Source: Nitrosopumilaceae archaeon (GTDB taxonomy: Archaea > Thermoproteota > Nitrososphaeria > Nitrososphaerales > Nitrosopumilaceae). From it: a DNA stretch of 32,000 nt. Made by a program: the position numbers and the translations under genes. The DNA is taken from contig DASPGM010000014.1 of NCBI GenBank assembly GCA_035620615.1, forward strand, positions 21,226 through 53,225, in the 5' to 3' direction. A model generated the notes under the pieces. The model ran no database searches and was not told the DNA's origin. It was given only the letters and a program-made list of their open reading frames with translations. Below, piece by piece: positions 1 to 8,182 of the stretch (its first letter is position 1; each line of letters opens with the position of its first letter).

Positions 1-294
1 ACAATCTTTCATTGATGCGACATTGCACCCTATGCCCCAATGATTTGGGCCAATAATTATGAACAAATCAATTGGATTGGAAGATATTTTATAAAAAGAA
101 TGGCAAGCTATAGGGCCCGAATAAACATAACCGGCATGTGGACAAATTATTCCAAAAATTTTTTCAGTGTTTTCTGATGGGGGAATTTTTCCTGGACCGT
201 ATGGATGTATAAAACAATCATGAACTAAACTTTTCAATTTTTTGGATTCGCCGGGATAGAACATTCCGGCTACTGCCGGTGTTCTTATCTGCAT
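1..294 (-). CDS. Memo-family (AmmeMemoRadiSam system protein B-like) protein, N-terminal part, truncated by window edge
   Basis: Reverse-strand translation begins MQIRTPAVAGMFYPGESKKLKSLVHD and later reads FIIIGPNHWGIG, both typical of Memo-like proteins. The ATG at 292-294 overlaps the rpsB stop. Location after rpoN-eno-rpsB matches a common archaeal order. Confidence 0.85.
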   Translation of the reverse strand, partial: MQIRTPAVAGMFYPGESKKLKSLVHDCFIHPYGPGKIPPSENTEKIFGIICPHAGYVYSGPIACHSFYKISSNPIDLFIIIGPNHWGIGCNVASMKDC

Positions 295-920
295 TATTCT
301 ATTTCCTCTTCTTCTGTAATTTTTGTTTCGAAATCATCGATTTCATACTTCATTTGGTCATCACTTTTAATTTCCCCTTTTCCTAATAGTATTTCACGAG
401 CTAATAGCCAGTAAATTGTAGCAAGAGATTTTCTTCCTCTATTATTAGCAGGAATTACAAGATCAATTTTTGAAGTAATATTATCCGTATTCGAAACGCC
501 AATTACTGGTATTCCGGCATTTGTAGCCTCTGTAATTGCTTGGGCATCAACCTGTGGATCAGATATGAGAACTAATTTTGGCTCAATATAATATGGTAAA
601 GAAGGATTTGTTAAAGTCCCTGGCATAAATCTACCTAGCATCTTAGTAGCCCCAGTAATTTCACAAAATTTTTCAATTGGTGTATTAGCATATTCTCTTC
701 CAGAACATACAATCACGTCTTCAATACTCACTCGATTGATAAATTTAGAGGCAGTTTGAATCCTTGCTAAAGTAATATCTAAATCCATCAAATAAAGTCC
801 TTCAGGACTAGCTTGTGTTACATAAGGAATCATGAATTTTGTCTTAACAGCTGTTCCAACCCTAATTCCAGTAGATAGGATTTTTTTCTTAATATCTGTA
901 ATTTCGTTTTGTTGGCTCAT
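294..920 (-). CDS. rpsB: 30S ribosomal protein S2 (archaeal uS2)
   Basis: 208 aa ORF with VGTAVKTKFMIPYV, LYLMDLDITLARIQTASKFI and TDPQVDAQAITEATNAGIPVIGVSNTDN, characteristic of archaeal S2. Confidence 0.97.
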   Translation of the reverse strand: MSQQNEITDIKKKILSTGIRVGTAVKTKFMIPYVTQASPEGLYLMDLDITLARIQTASKFINRVSIEDVIVCSGREYANTPIEKFCEITGATKMLGRFMPGTLTNPSLPYYIEPKLVLISDPQVDAQAITEATNAGIPVIGVSNTDNITSKIDLVIPANNRGRKSLATIYWLLAREILLGKGEIKSDDQMKYEIDDFETKITEEEEIE

Positions 921-929
921 ACTGCGTTT

Positions 930-2168
930 TTAAATTTGTGCCATACCGCGTATTAAATCATGCTCTGATAGTCGAATAAGCTCATTTAATTTGGCTATTC
1001 TTTCACCTCCCACAACACCTACTTTTAGCATTTTAGAGTTAGTTCCAATCCCTATATGTGAAATATGGGAATCTATGGATTCACCTGAGCGATGTGATGT
1101 GATTAAATTAATATTGTTTGATTTAGCTTCATCAGCAAATTCAAGTGCATCATAAAGGCTGCCTGCTTGGTTTACTTTTAGAATTGCTGCGTTACACGAT
1201 TTTGTTTTTATTGCTTTTTTTAGAATTTGAGTGTTAGTTACTGTAAGATCATCTCCAGTGATCATAGTATTAGGAAATTTGGATGTTAATTCAGCCATTT
1301 CTTCAAATGCTTCTTCATGTACTGCGTCTTCAGCATAAACTAGTTTGTATTTTTCAATAATATTAGACGTAAACTCAATTTGTTTTTCAGGAGTATTTTC
1401 AAAACCCCCTCTTTTATACTCATAAACCTTTTTTTGATTATTCCATTGTGTTGAGGAAGCAAAATCTACTCCTAAAGCTACTTCTTTACCCAAAGTATAT
1501 CCTAAATTCTCACAGGCCTTTGCAGAAAGTTCGAGAGCCTTTTCGTTGCCTAACTTTGGGGCCCATCCGCCTTCATCTCCTCTGCCATTAGTAAATCCTG
1601 GATCCTCTTTTTGTAAAATGTTTCGTAATTCTTTATGAATTTCTAAATTTGTTTCAATTGCATCTCGAATTGATTTTGATTCAATAGCACAAATTAAAAT
1701 CTCTTGTATGTCAGGTGTTCCTGGGCCTGCATGAGCTCCTCCTCCAAGAATGTTTCCTAAAGGAACGGGGAATCTGAATTTTTTTTCATTTGAAATCATC
1801 TGAAACAAGGGTTTATCGAAAGTCTTGGCTGCTGACTCTAATGATGCAATGGTAACTGCAAAGGCAACTGCACCACCTATCTTGGAATAATTTGGACTGG
1901 GATCTAAAGTACGTATTAAGTCATGAATTAATTTAAGATCTGATGGATCTTGTCCTAAGAATTTTTTTGAATTTTCCTTAATCACACGTAAACTTTTTTC
2001 AGGATTTTCATCTGGAAAACTAATAGCTTCATGTTTACCTACACTTGCTCCAGATGGTGCGCATACTCTTCCCATATGCGAATTATCAGAAATAACGTCA
2101 ACTTCAATTGTTTTATTTCCTCTACTATTGTAAATTAATCTAGCATTAACAGATGTAATTTTTGGCAA
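930..2168 (-). CDS. eno: Phosphopyruvate hydratase (enolase)
   Basis: 412 aa; ARLIYNSRGNKTIEVDV, GRGDEGGWAP, YAEDAVHEE, TGDDLTVTN, ILKVNQAGS and SHRSGES motifs. Confidence 0.97.
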   Translation of the reverse strand: MPKITSVNARLIYNSRGNKTIEVDVISDNSHMGRVCAPSGASVGKHEAISFPDENPEKSLRVIKENSKKFLGQDPSDLKLIHDLIRTLDPSPNYSKIGGAVAFAVTIASLESAAKTFDKPLFQMISNEKKFRFPVPLGNILGGGAHAGPGTPDIQEILICAIESKSIRDAIETNLEIHKELRNILQKEDPGFTNGRGDEGGWAPKLGNEKALELSAKACENLGYTLGKEVALGVDFASSTQWNNQKKVYEYKRGGFENTPEKQIEFTSNIIEKYKLVYAEDAVHEEAFEEMAELTSKFPNTMITGDDLTVTNTQILKKAIKTKSCNAAILKVNQAGSLYDALEFADEAKSNNINLITSHRSGESIDSHISHIGIGTNSKMLKVGVVGGERIAKLNELIRLSEHDLIRGMAQI

Positions 2169-2169
2169 A

Positions 2170-2406
2170 CTACTCTAACTCAGATTGAACTTCAAGGTGT
2201 CTTCTTCGAATTGCTTCGTAAAAAGGAACAACTTGTTGAATTGTTTCAACTGAAGTTAACAACATTCTTCTACAACAATATCTTTCCATTCCCAAAGAGT
2301 TTAGGACTTTAGCTGGTTCTTCACCTGATTTTAATCGATTTTGATAATCTTCAAATTTATCAGCAATTAAATTTCCACAAGTGAAGCATCTTACTGGAAC
2401 AAGCAT
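2170..2406 (-). CDS. rpoN: DNA-directed RNA polymerase subunit N (Rpb10 homologue)
   Basis: 78 aa; MLVPVRCFTCGNLIADKFEDY...LGMERYCCRRMLLTSVE, a diagnostic CxxC...CC zinc motif. Confidence 0.96.
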   Translation of the reverse strand: MLVPVRCFTCGNLIADKFEDYQNRLKSGEEPAKVLNSLGMERYCCRRMLLTSVETIQQVVPFYEAIRRRHLEVQSELE

Positions 2407-2457
2407 AATTTCGAAAAGTAATCAAGGATTATAAAAACCCTGCATGACAACTTCGTT

Positions 2458-2542
2458 GCGGGTGTCGCCCAGCCTGGCCAAAGGCGCTAGCTTGAGGGGT
2501 TAGTCTCTTAGGAGTTCATGGGTTCAAATCCCATCACCCGCA
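2458..2542 (+). tRNA. tRNA-Leu, anticodon GAG
   Basis: GCGGGTG...CACCCGC 7-bp acceptor pairing plus discriminator A; anticodon arm CTAGC-TTGAGGG-GTTAG; long variable arm TCTCTTAGGAG; T arm with GGTTCAAATCC. Confidence 0.93.
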
Positions 2543-2573
2543 TTGATTATTTTTGAATTTTTTTAACAGAATA

Positions 2574-3191
2574 TCAATTTCCATTAATTTTATTAAGAGA
2601 ATTTATCAAATGTGCTCTCCTAATCTCTTCAGTAATAGCTGATCTAGCATCTTCAACCAATTTACGATTTACATCAAGTTTTCTCCTAGCTTCTTTTAGA
2701 ATTTTATCATACATTGCAAATGGATACAAATGTAAGTAGAGATTTTCCATTATTTCAAAAATATTAGTGGCTTCTTTAGATTTTCCTACTCTAATATTAT
2801 CAAAAACATATCTCTTTAATTCTCCTATCAGATCCATAAGCCCAAGTACGTAGGCTTCATCTGATACCTTTAGAGATTCTACCGATGGAATAGGCTTGTT
2901 CTCAATTATTGCCAAAAATGCGTAGGCCTCCACCAATTCTTGTTCTGGAGTTATTAGATATCGTTTTAATTCTGAATTTGCTTTTTTTCTATATGTAGAA
3001 AGTAACACACTTGCTTTATGAACCATTTTTTTAGCGGAATCTAAATCCCCTTTATGAGCAGATATAATTGATTGACTGCACAAAATTACAACATCCCTGG
3101 TATTTTTTATTAAATATTCTCGTGAATCCTGAGACGTAGCTAATGATTTTGCAACCTTATTTAATGAAGATTTAATGTTTTGTGAAGACAT
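2574..3191 (-). CDS. Translin-family RNA/ssDNA-binding protein
   Basis: 205 aa all-helical ORF; KRYVFDNIRVGKSKEATNIFEIMENLYLHLYPFAMYDKI...LDVNRKLVEDARSAITEEIRR matches the archaeal translin-like pattern. Confidence 0.85.
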   Translation of the reverse strand: MSSQNIKSSLNKVAKSLATSQDSREYLIKNTRDVVILCSQSIISAHKGDLDSAKKMVHKASVLLSTYRKKANSELKRYLITPEQELVEAYAFLAIIENKPIPSVESLKVSDEAYVLGLMDLIGELKRYVFDNIRVGKSKEATNIFEIMENLYLHLYPFAMYDKILKEARRKLDVNRKLVEDARSAITEEIRRAHLINSLNKINGN

Positions 3192-3291
3192 ACTATATGG
3201 CCATTAAAACTGAGATAAAGTCGTTTGCCAAAGCCCTTAATTCTAGACTAGCAAGTTCATAAATGGTTTAATTGAGAACTTAATACAAATT

Positions 3292-4389
3292 TTGTTGAAT
3301 AAAATAATTTTTCCTATGGTATTTTTACTAATTTTATTATTTAATCAAAATTATGCTCAAGCGGAAACTACGTGTAGTCAACAAAATTCAGGAATTCCTC
3401 CTTTTCAACTAAGGTCTGTTTTTTTCGTTGATTCAAACACTGGATGGGTAGTAGGAGGCGGTGGAACTGTACTCAAAACCACCGATGGTGGAACAACATG
3501 GATTCAACAAACATCTAATACCTCTCAAGAACTCAATTCTGTTTTTTTTGTTGATTCAAGTACTGGATGGGCAGTAGGTGATGGAGCTTTTGGCGTAAAT
3601 ATAATTAAAACAGTAAATGGTGGTACAACTTGGACTACCATAAACTCTGGCTTTCTTGGAACTCTTAATTCTGTTTTTTTTGTTGATTCAAACTCTGGAT
3701 GGGCAGTAGGTGGTGATGGAATACTACATACTACAAATGGTGGGAACACATGGAGTGCACAGTCAGCATTTCCAGGCTCATCTCTCGATTTTGTTGATTC
3801 AAATACTGGTTGGGCTGGAGGCGGTTCGATGGTAGCAAAAACAACAAATGGTGGTACGACATGGACTCCCCAAAGCACAGGCATAAGTATTTCAATCAAC
3901 TCTGTCGATTTTGTTGATTCAAATACTGGTTGGGTAGTGGGTAGTGCTCAAAGAATACTGAAAACAACGGATGGCGGTACAACATGGACTCTCCAAAACA
4001 TCGGTTTTTCTTTAGATCAACTGCGTTCTGTCGATTTTATTGATTCAAGTACTGGATGGGTAGTGGGTTATGATGCCTTAGCATCTAGTAACTTAATACT
4101 AAAGACCACTGATGGCGGTACAACATGGACTCCACAAACCTCTGGAACTACCAACTTTCTATGGTCTGTTGATTTTGTTAATTCAAGTACTGGTTGGACA
4201 GTAGGTGTAGGAGCATTAATACTCAAATGTACATCGTCGCTCCAAAATGGTCAAGTCATTGGTGGAAAAATAATTCCAATAGAAACAACTAGTTTAATCC
4301 TAGCAGGTGCTCAAATATTCACTTGGATGATTCCTGTTTTAGTATCTGGAATAGGAATTGGTTTGATAGTATTTAGAAAGAGAATCTAA
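3292..4389 (+). CDS. Secreted YCF48/BNR-type repeat beta-propeller protein with C-terminal membrane-anchor tail
   Basis: 365 aa; N-terminal signal peptide; seven units of S(V)xFVDSxTGWxVG...LKTTDGGTTW; C-terminal PIETTSLILAGAQIFTWMIPVLVSGIGIGLIVFRKRI. Confidence 0.85.
   Translation: MLNKIIFPMVFLLILLFNQNYAQAETTCSQQNSGIPPFQLRSVFFVDSNTGWVVGGGGTVLKTTDGGTTWIQQTSNTSQELNSVFFVDSSTGWAVGDGAFGVNIIKTVNGGTTWTTINSGFLGTLNSVFFVDSNSGWAVGGDGILHTTNGGNTWSAQSAFPGSSLDFVDSNTGWAGGGSMVAKTTNGGTTWTPQSTGISISINSVDFVDSNTGWVVGSAQRILKTTDGGTTWTLQNIGFSLDQLRSVDFIDSSTGWVVGYDALASSNLILKTTDGGTTWTPQTSGTTNFLWSVDFVNSSTGWTVGVGALILKCTSSLQNGQVIGGKIIPIETTSLILAGAQIFTWMIPVLVSGIGIGLIVFRKRI
3415..4250 (+). repeat. Seven imperfect coding repeats (YCF48-like blades)
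   Basis: Recurring DNA such as gttgattcaa(a/g)tactgg(a/t)tgggtagt(a/g)g and ggtggtacaacatggac, inside the 3292..4389 ORF. Confidence 0.85.
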
Positions 4390-4434
4390 ATTATTAGAAA
4401 AACTATAGCTTCATTAAATTAATTTTAAGTCATA

Positions 4435-4470
4435 TTTTATACCCAAAACATATTTCCAAAGCCCTTAATT
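4435..4470. repeat. Copy 1 of a 36-nt intergenic element TTTTATACCCAAAACATATTTCCAAAGCCCTTAATT
   Basis: 35/36 identical to 5796..5831; its 3' core CCAAAGCCCTTAATT recurs at 3228..3242. Confidence 0.8.
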
Positions 4471-4797
4471 CATTTCTAAATTCTATGCCTAAATATTGAG
4501 TTTTTTCAAATTAATTTCCATAGTAAAAAGGATGACAATCGCAACTACATCCAATAACACAATTCATTCTCTTACAGTCATCACATGCTTTTTTGGTATA
4601 AAATGAGTTGTTAGGATATTTGTAAAACTTTTTGTGCATATTTTTTAAAAACCATTAATTTTATAAAAAGTTCTATATGTTTTTCTGAACAAAATAATTT
4701 TTCTTCATTTATTCTCATCTTTTCTCATTAATTTTTTAAAAAAATGTTCATACTGCACATAAGACAACTTTTGTCCCATTTATTTTAAATCAAGTTA

Positions 4798-5778
4798 ATG
4801 AATAGTATTGGTAAGGCAAAAAACAATTCATCAAAACGGTTGACGTTAGGCGAAATTGTTTTGTTTACAGTAGCATTTTCAATGATTACTGCAGCAGCAA
4901 CTTTTGGCTTAACTACTGACATCATGGCAAATGCAGCAAAACCACAAAAAGTAATCGAATACAGTAATGGGTATCCAAGTGGTGCTCATGAAAACCTGAA
5001 TATTCACGGCAAGACAGCAGACTATAATTGTGATTCTAGCCCAGGTGGAAAATCGGTATTCATACTTGAAAATGGTGACTCTACAATCCAATATGTCTCA
5101 AACAAGAAATCCTCTGTAACTGAACTAGTTGCAAACGATCCTTGTGATAGTGCATTTGATGGTGATCCTGTTGAGGTTCAGATTCCATCTGAAGAACAGG
5201 GTTACTATGTATTTGCTAGAGTACCTGGCAATCATCAAAACACTGGAGGACAAAGCTCTCTAATCATGGTACCAAACCCAAACATAGAGGCTTGTAATGA
5301 TACAGTAGAAGGAAATCCAGATTTTGGTGATCTTACTTCATGTCCTGACGATCCCTTAAACGAGGATCTGTTGGCATTGGGTTTGATTACATCAAATGGA
5401 GTCTATGATCTTGTAGACCAAGAGTTTGTACAAGTAGACAATTCTGGAAATGAGCAAGGCAAGGGTCAAGGCAAAAGCACAGCAGTTGACATTACTGGTC
5501 TATTTCTTTGGACAGGTGATGTATGTGATGATAGCTTTGACACCAACGGTGATGGAAGCATTACAGTTGATGATGTATTAGTTGACCTAAATGGCGATGG
5601 AGTAATTGATGACGCAGATTTGGCAATATACCTAGAGACTAATTGTACTCATTTTGATAGTGAATGGGTCTTTAGCGTAGCAGATTTGGTAGTTGTTGAT
5701 CACGAAATAACTAACGATGGTGTAAAATTGTTAAAACTTAGATTCTATCCAGTTTCTACAACTGAATTTAATAGATAG
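4798..5778 (+). CDS. Secreted/exported protein with C-terminal EF-hand/dockerin-like calcium-binding loops
   Basis: 326 aa; N-terminal hydrophobic export segment; DTNGDGSITVDDVLVDLNGDGVIDDADLAIYLE resembles a dockerin/EF-hand pair. Confidence 0.65.
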   Translation: MNSIGKAKNNSSKRLTLGEIVLFTVAFSMITAAATFGLTTDIMANAAKPQKVIEYSNGYPSGAHENLNIHGKTADYNCDSSPGGKSVFILENGDSTIQYVSNKKSSVTELVANDPCDSAFDGDPVEVQIPSEEQGYYVFARVPGNHQNTGGQSSLIMVPNPNIEACNDTVEGNPDFGDLTSCPDDPLNEDLLALGLITSNGVYDLVDQEFVQVDNSGNEQGKGQGKSTAVDITGLFLWTGDVCDDSFDTNGDGSITVDDVLVDLNGDGVIDDADLAIYLETNCTHFDSEWVFSVADLVVVDHEITNDGVKLLKLRFYPVSTTEFNR

Positions 5779-5795
5779 ATCTACTTTTTTCTTTT

Positions 5796-5831
5796 TTTTA
5801 TACCCAAAACCTATTTCCAAAGCCCTTAATT
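5796..5831. repeat. Copy 2 of the 36-nt intergenic element TTTTATACCCAAAACCTATTTCCAAAGCCCTTAATT
   Basis: 35/36 match with 4435..4470; lies 23 nt upstream of the ATG of the next ORF. Confidence 0.8.
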
Positions 5832-5854
5832 TATGTACATTTTTTTGATTAACT

Positions 5855-6502
5855 ATGGAAATAACAGTAAAACAAATGATGCAAATAGAAGAGAATGGTC
5901 ACAAAATGGGATTCTTAAAAAAATTTATGATGGAAAACGCAGGAGCTGCTGCAGTTAGAAGATTGGAAGAGCAATATGGGAATTTGACTTCAAAAAATAT
6001 TCTAGTTTTTGCAGGTTTGGGAAATAATGGAGGAGATGCATTGGTAATGGGAAGGCACTTGGCTGGAAGAAATTCTAATATCACTATTGTATTACTTGGA
6101 ATGCCTGAAAAAATTAAAACAGAAGAGAGTAGATGGAATTGGGAAATTTTGGGAAAAATGAACTCAATTACATTAATTACAGATTCAAAAATTAATTTTA
6201 AACAAAAACCTGACATCATAGTTGATGGAATTTTAGGTACCGGGATTTCTGGAATAATTTCTGAACCTTATGCTTCTGCAATACAATTTATCAATGAATC
6301 ATCTGCATTAAAATTGGCAGTTGATGTACCCTCTGGGTTAGATCCAGATACAGGTAATACAAGTAATATCTTTGTCAAAGCAGATCTTACTATTACTTTT
6401 CATAAAATGAAAGTTGGAATGCCAAAACGAACAGATCTCTGTGGGAAAATATTTGTAGAAAAAATTGGAATTCCACCAGAGGCAGAGATTGGAGTATTAT
6501 GA
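5855..6502 (+). CDS. nnrE: NAD(P)H-hydrate epimerase (YjeF N-terminal domain)
   Basis: 215 aa; MMENAGAAAVRRLEEQYG, VFAGLGNNGGDALVMGRHLAGR, VDGILGTGISG, AVDVPSGLDPDTG. Confidence 0.9.
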   Translation: MEITVKQMMQIEENGHKMGFLKKFMMENAGAAAVRRLEEQYGNLTSKNILVFAGLGNNGGDALVMGRHLAGRNSNITIVLLGMPEKIKTEESRWNWEILGKMNSITLITDSKINFKQKPDIIVDGILGTGISGIISEPYASAIQFINESSALKLAVDVPSGLDPDTGNTSNIFVKADLTITFHKMKVGMPKRTDLCGKIFVEKIGIPPEAEIGVL

Positions 6503-7110
6503 AGGTTCATCAAATTCAAGTTGGGAATATGGAGAATTTCACATATATTTTAGAAGATGAAGATTCTGGGGAAGCTATTATTTTAGATCCATCATGGAAT
6601 CTAGATGAAATAAAAAAAATAATCACACGCCATGACCTTAGGGTAAAATATATTGTAAATACACACCATCATTTTGATCATACTTTGGGAAATGAAGCAT
6701 TATCAAAAGAAACTGGTGCCAAAATACTACAACATGAGGCTTCAACTTTACCACACGATGAAGCTCTTACTGATAAACAAAAAATTAATTTTGGAAATTC
6801 TCAATTAATAGTTATTCATACTCCAGGACATTCAAAAGATAGTATATGTTTGGTTGGGGATAAAAAAATTTTTACAGGTGATACACTTTTTGTCGGAAAT
6901 TGTGGACGTGTTGATTTACCTGGAGGAAGTGCAAAAGAGCTCTATCATAGTTTATTTGATATTTTATACCAGCTGGATGAAAGTCTTGTAATATATCCTG
7001 GTCATAATTATGGATCAACCCCAATCTCCACAATTGCAAATGAAAAAAAAACAAACTTTGTACTACAAAAAAGAGAAGAGCAGGAATTTGTGGAGCTTAT
7101 GGGGCAGTGA
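6499..7110 (+). CDS. Metallo-beta-lactamase fold hydrolase (glyoxalase II / persulfide dioxygenase-like)
   Basis: 203 aa; THHHFDHTLGN, HTPGHSKDSICL, FTGDTLFVGNCGRVDLPGG, PGHNYG. Start overlaps the previous stop (ATGA). Confidence 0.88.
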   Translation: MKVHQIQVGNMENFTYILEDEDSGEAIILDPSWNLDEIKKIITRHDLRVKYIVNTHHHFDHTLGNEALSKETGAKILQHEASTLPHDEALTDKQKINFGNSQLIVIHTPGHSKDSICLVGDKKIFTGDTLFVGNCGRVDLPGGSAKELYHSLFDILYQLDESLVIYPGHNYGSTPISTIANEKKTNFVLQKREEQEFVELMGQ

Positions 7111-7117
7111 ATGTTAA

Positions 7118-8182
7118 ATGAATGATATTGAGATTCTTGGTAATCTTAATAGCGGTAAAGACTTTGTAAATTCAATTGAAAAAAAAAAATTTCTGTTCTC
7201 ACTTGTAATATCTTACACAGAAACCTGTGAAATTCCTGGAATTACCGTGGCAGGAGCAAATCCTGAATTTATAAAATATACTCCTCCAGCTGATGCAGAA
7301 TATCTTCATTATGGAAATTGCAAATGCATCGATACTATACCTATGACTCCTGATGGGAAACCCACTCCTGCAATTCTAACTAAGGTGGCCTTGGAAACTG
7401 CTAGTATCCCTCATGTAATAATTAATGCTGGAAGCAAAATTCTTCCAGAGGTACCATATTTTGAAACAGGTTTAGAACCTGGAAAAAATATTCGCGACGA
7501 AGTTGCTATGGATCGGTATTATGTATTGCGTGCCGTTGAACATGGGCGTATTATAGGTAGAACCCTTGGGTCGTTAACTGATTGTTTAATAATTGGTGAG
7601 AGTATCCCAGGGGGAACAACTACTGCTATGGCAGTGCTGAAAGCCTTTGATATTAATGCAAAGGTTAGCTCCAGCATGCCACAAAATCCACAAGATCTAA
7701 AAAACCATGTTGTTAATTCCGCATTAAGTAGATCTCGTTTAAACGATTCATATGATATCATTGCAAATATGGGTGATCCAATGATTCCATTAGTTGCTGG
7801 AATGTTAAGTACCGCTTCGCAAACTTGTAAGGTTATTTTAGCTGGAGGTACTCAAATGGCTGCTGTATTATCTCTTGGTAAATCTACTGGATATGATAAA
7901 AACAATGTTGCAATTGGAACCACCTCTTACGTTGTAAATGATAATTCTGCAAACTTCTTGGATACAATTGAGGAAATTGACAATATTCCAATCCTCTCCG
8001 TAAATCCAAAACTAGAAGATTCAAAAATTCAAGGATTGAAATCTTTCTCTCAAGGATTTGTTAAGGAAGGAGCAGGGGCTGGAGGCTCTTTAATTTCTGC
8101 TATTTTAAAAACTGGAATTAATTCACAAAAGCTATTAGAATTAACCGAAGACGAATACAACAGAATTATTACTTTACAGTAA
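7118..8182 (+). CDS. Archaeal CobT-like nicotinate-nucleotide-dimethylbenzimidazole phosphoribosyltransferase family protein
   Basis: 354 aa; FSLVISYTETCEIPGITVAGANPEFIKYTPPADAEYL, TPAILTKVAL, IIGESIPGGTTTAMAVL, VILAGGTQMAAVL. Confidence 0.8.
   Translation: MNDIEILGNLNSGKDFVNSIEKKKFLFSLVISYTETCEIPGITVAGANPEFIKYTPPADAEYLHYGNCKCIDTIPMTPDGKPTPAILTKVALETASIPHVIINAGSKILPEVPYFETGLEPGKNIRDEVAMDRYYVLRAVEHGRIIGRTLGSLTDCLIIGESIPGGTTTAMAVLKAFDINAKVSSSMPQNPQDLKNHVVNSALSRSRLNDSYDIIANMGDPMIPLVAGMLSTASQTCKVILAGGTQMAAVLSLGKSTGYDKNNVAIGTTSYVVNDNSANFLDTIEEIDNIPILSVNPKLEDSKIQGLKSFSQGFVKEGAGAGGSLISAILKTGINSQKLLELTEDEYNRIITLQ

Noticed and set aside
3525-3899. - strand 124-aa ORF with repeated sequence
   Set aside because: Antisense shadow of the YCF48 repeats; its repeats mirror the + strand coding repeats.
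3415-4250. Regularly spaced similar DNA that could suggest a CRISPR or satellite array
   Set aside because: The units are imperfect, in-frame, and encode protein blades (FVDSxTGW...TTDGGTTW); no identical direct repeats with unique spacers.
5899-7761. - strand ORFs at 5899..6219, 6872..7054 and 7519..7761
   Set aside because: Antisense to well-supported nnrE, MBL and CobT-like genes with clear conserved motifs; products look non-protein-like.
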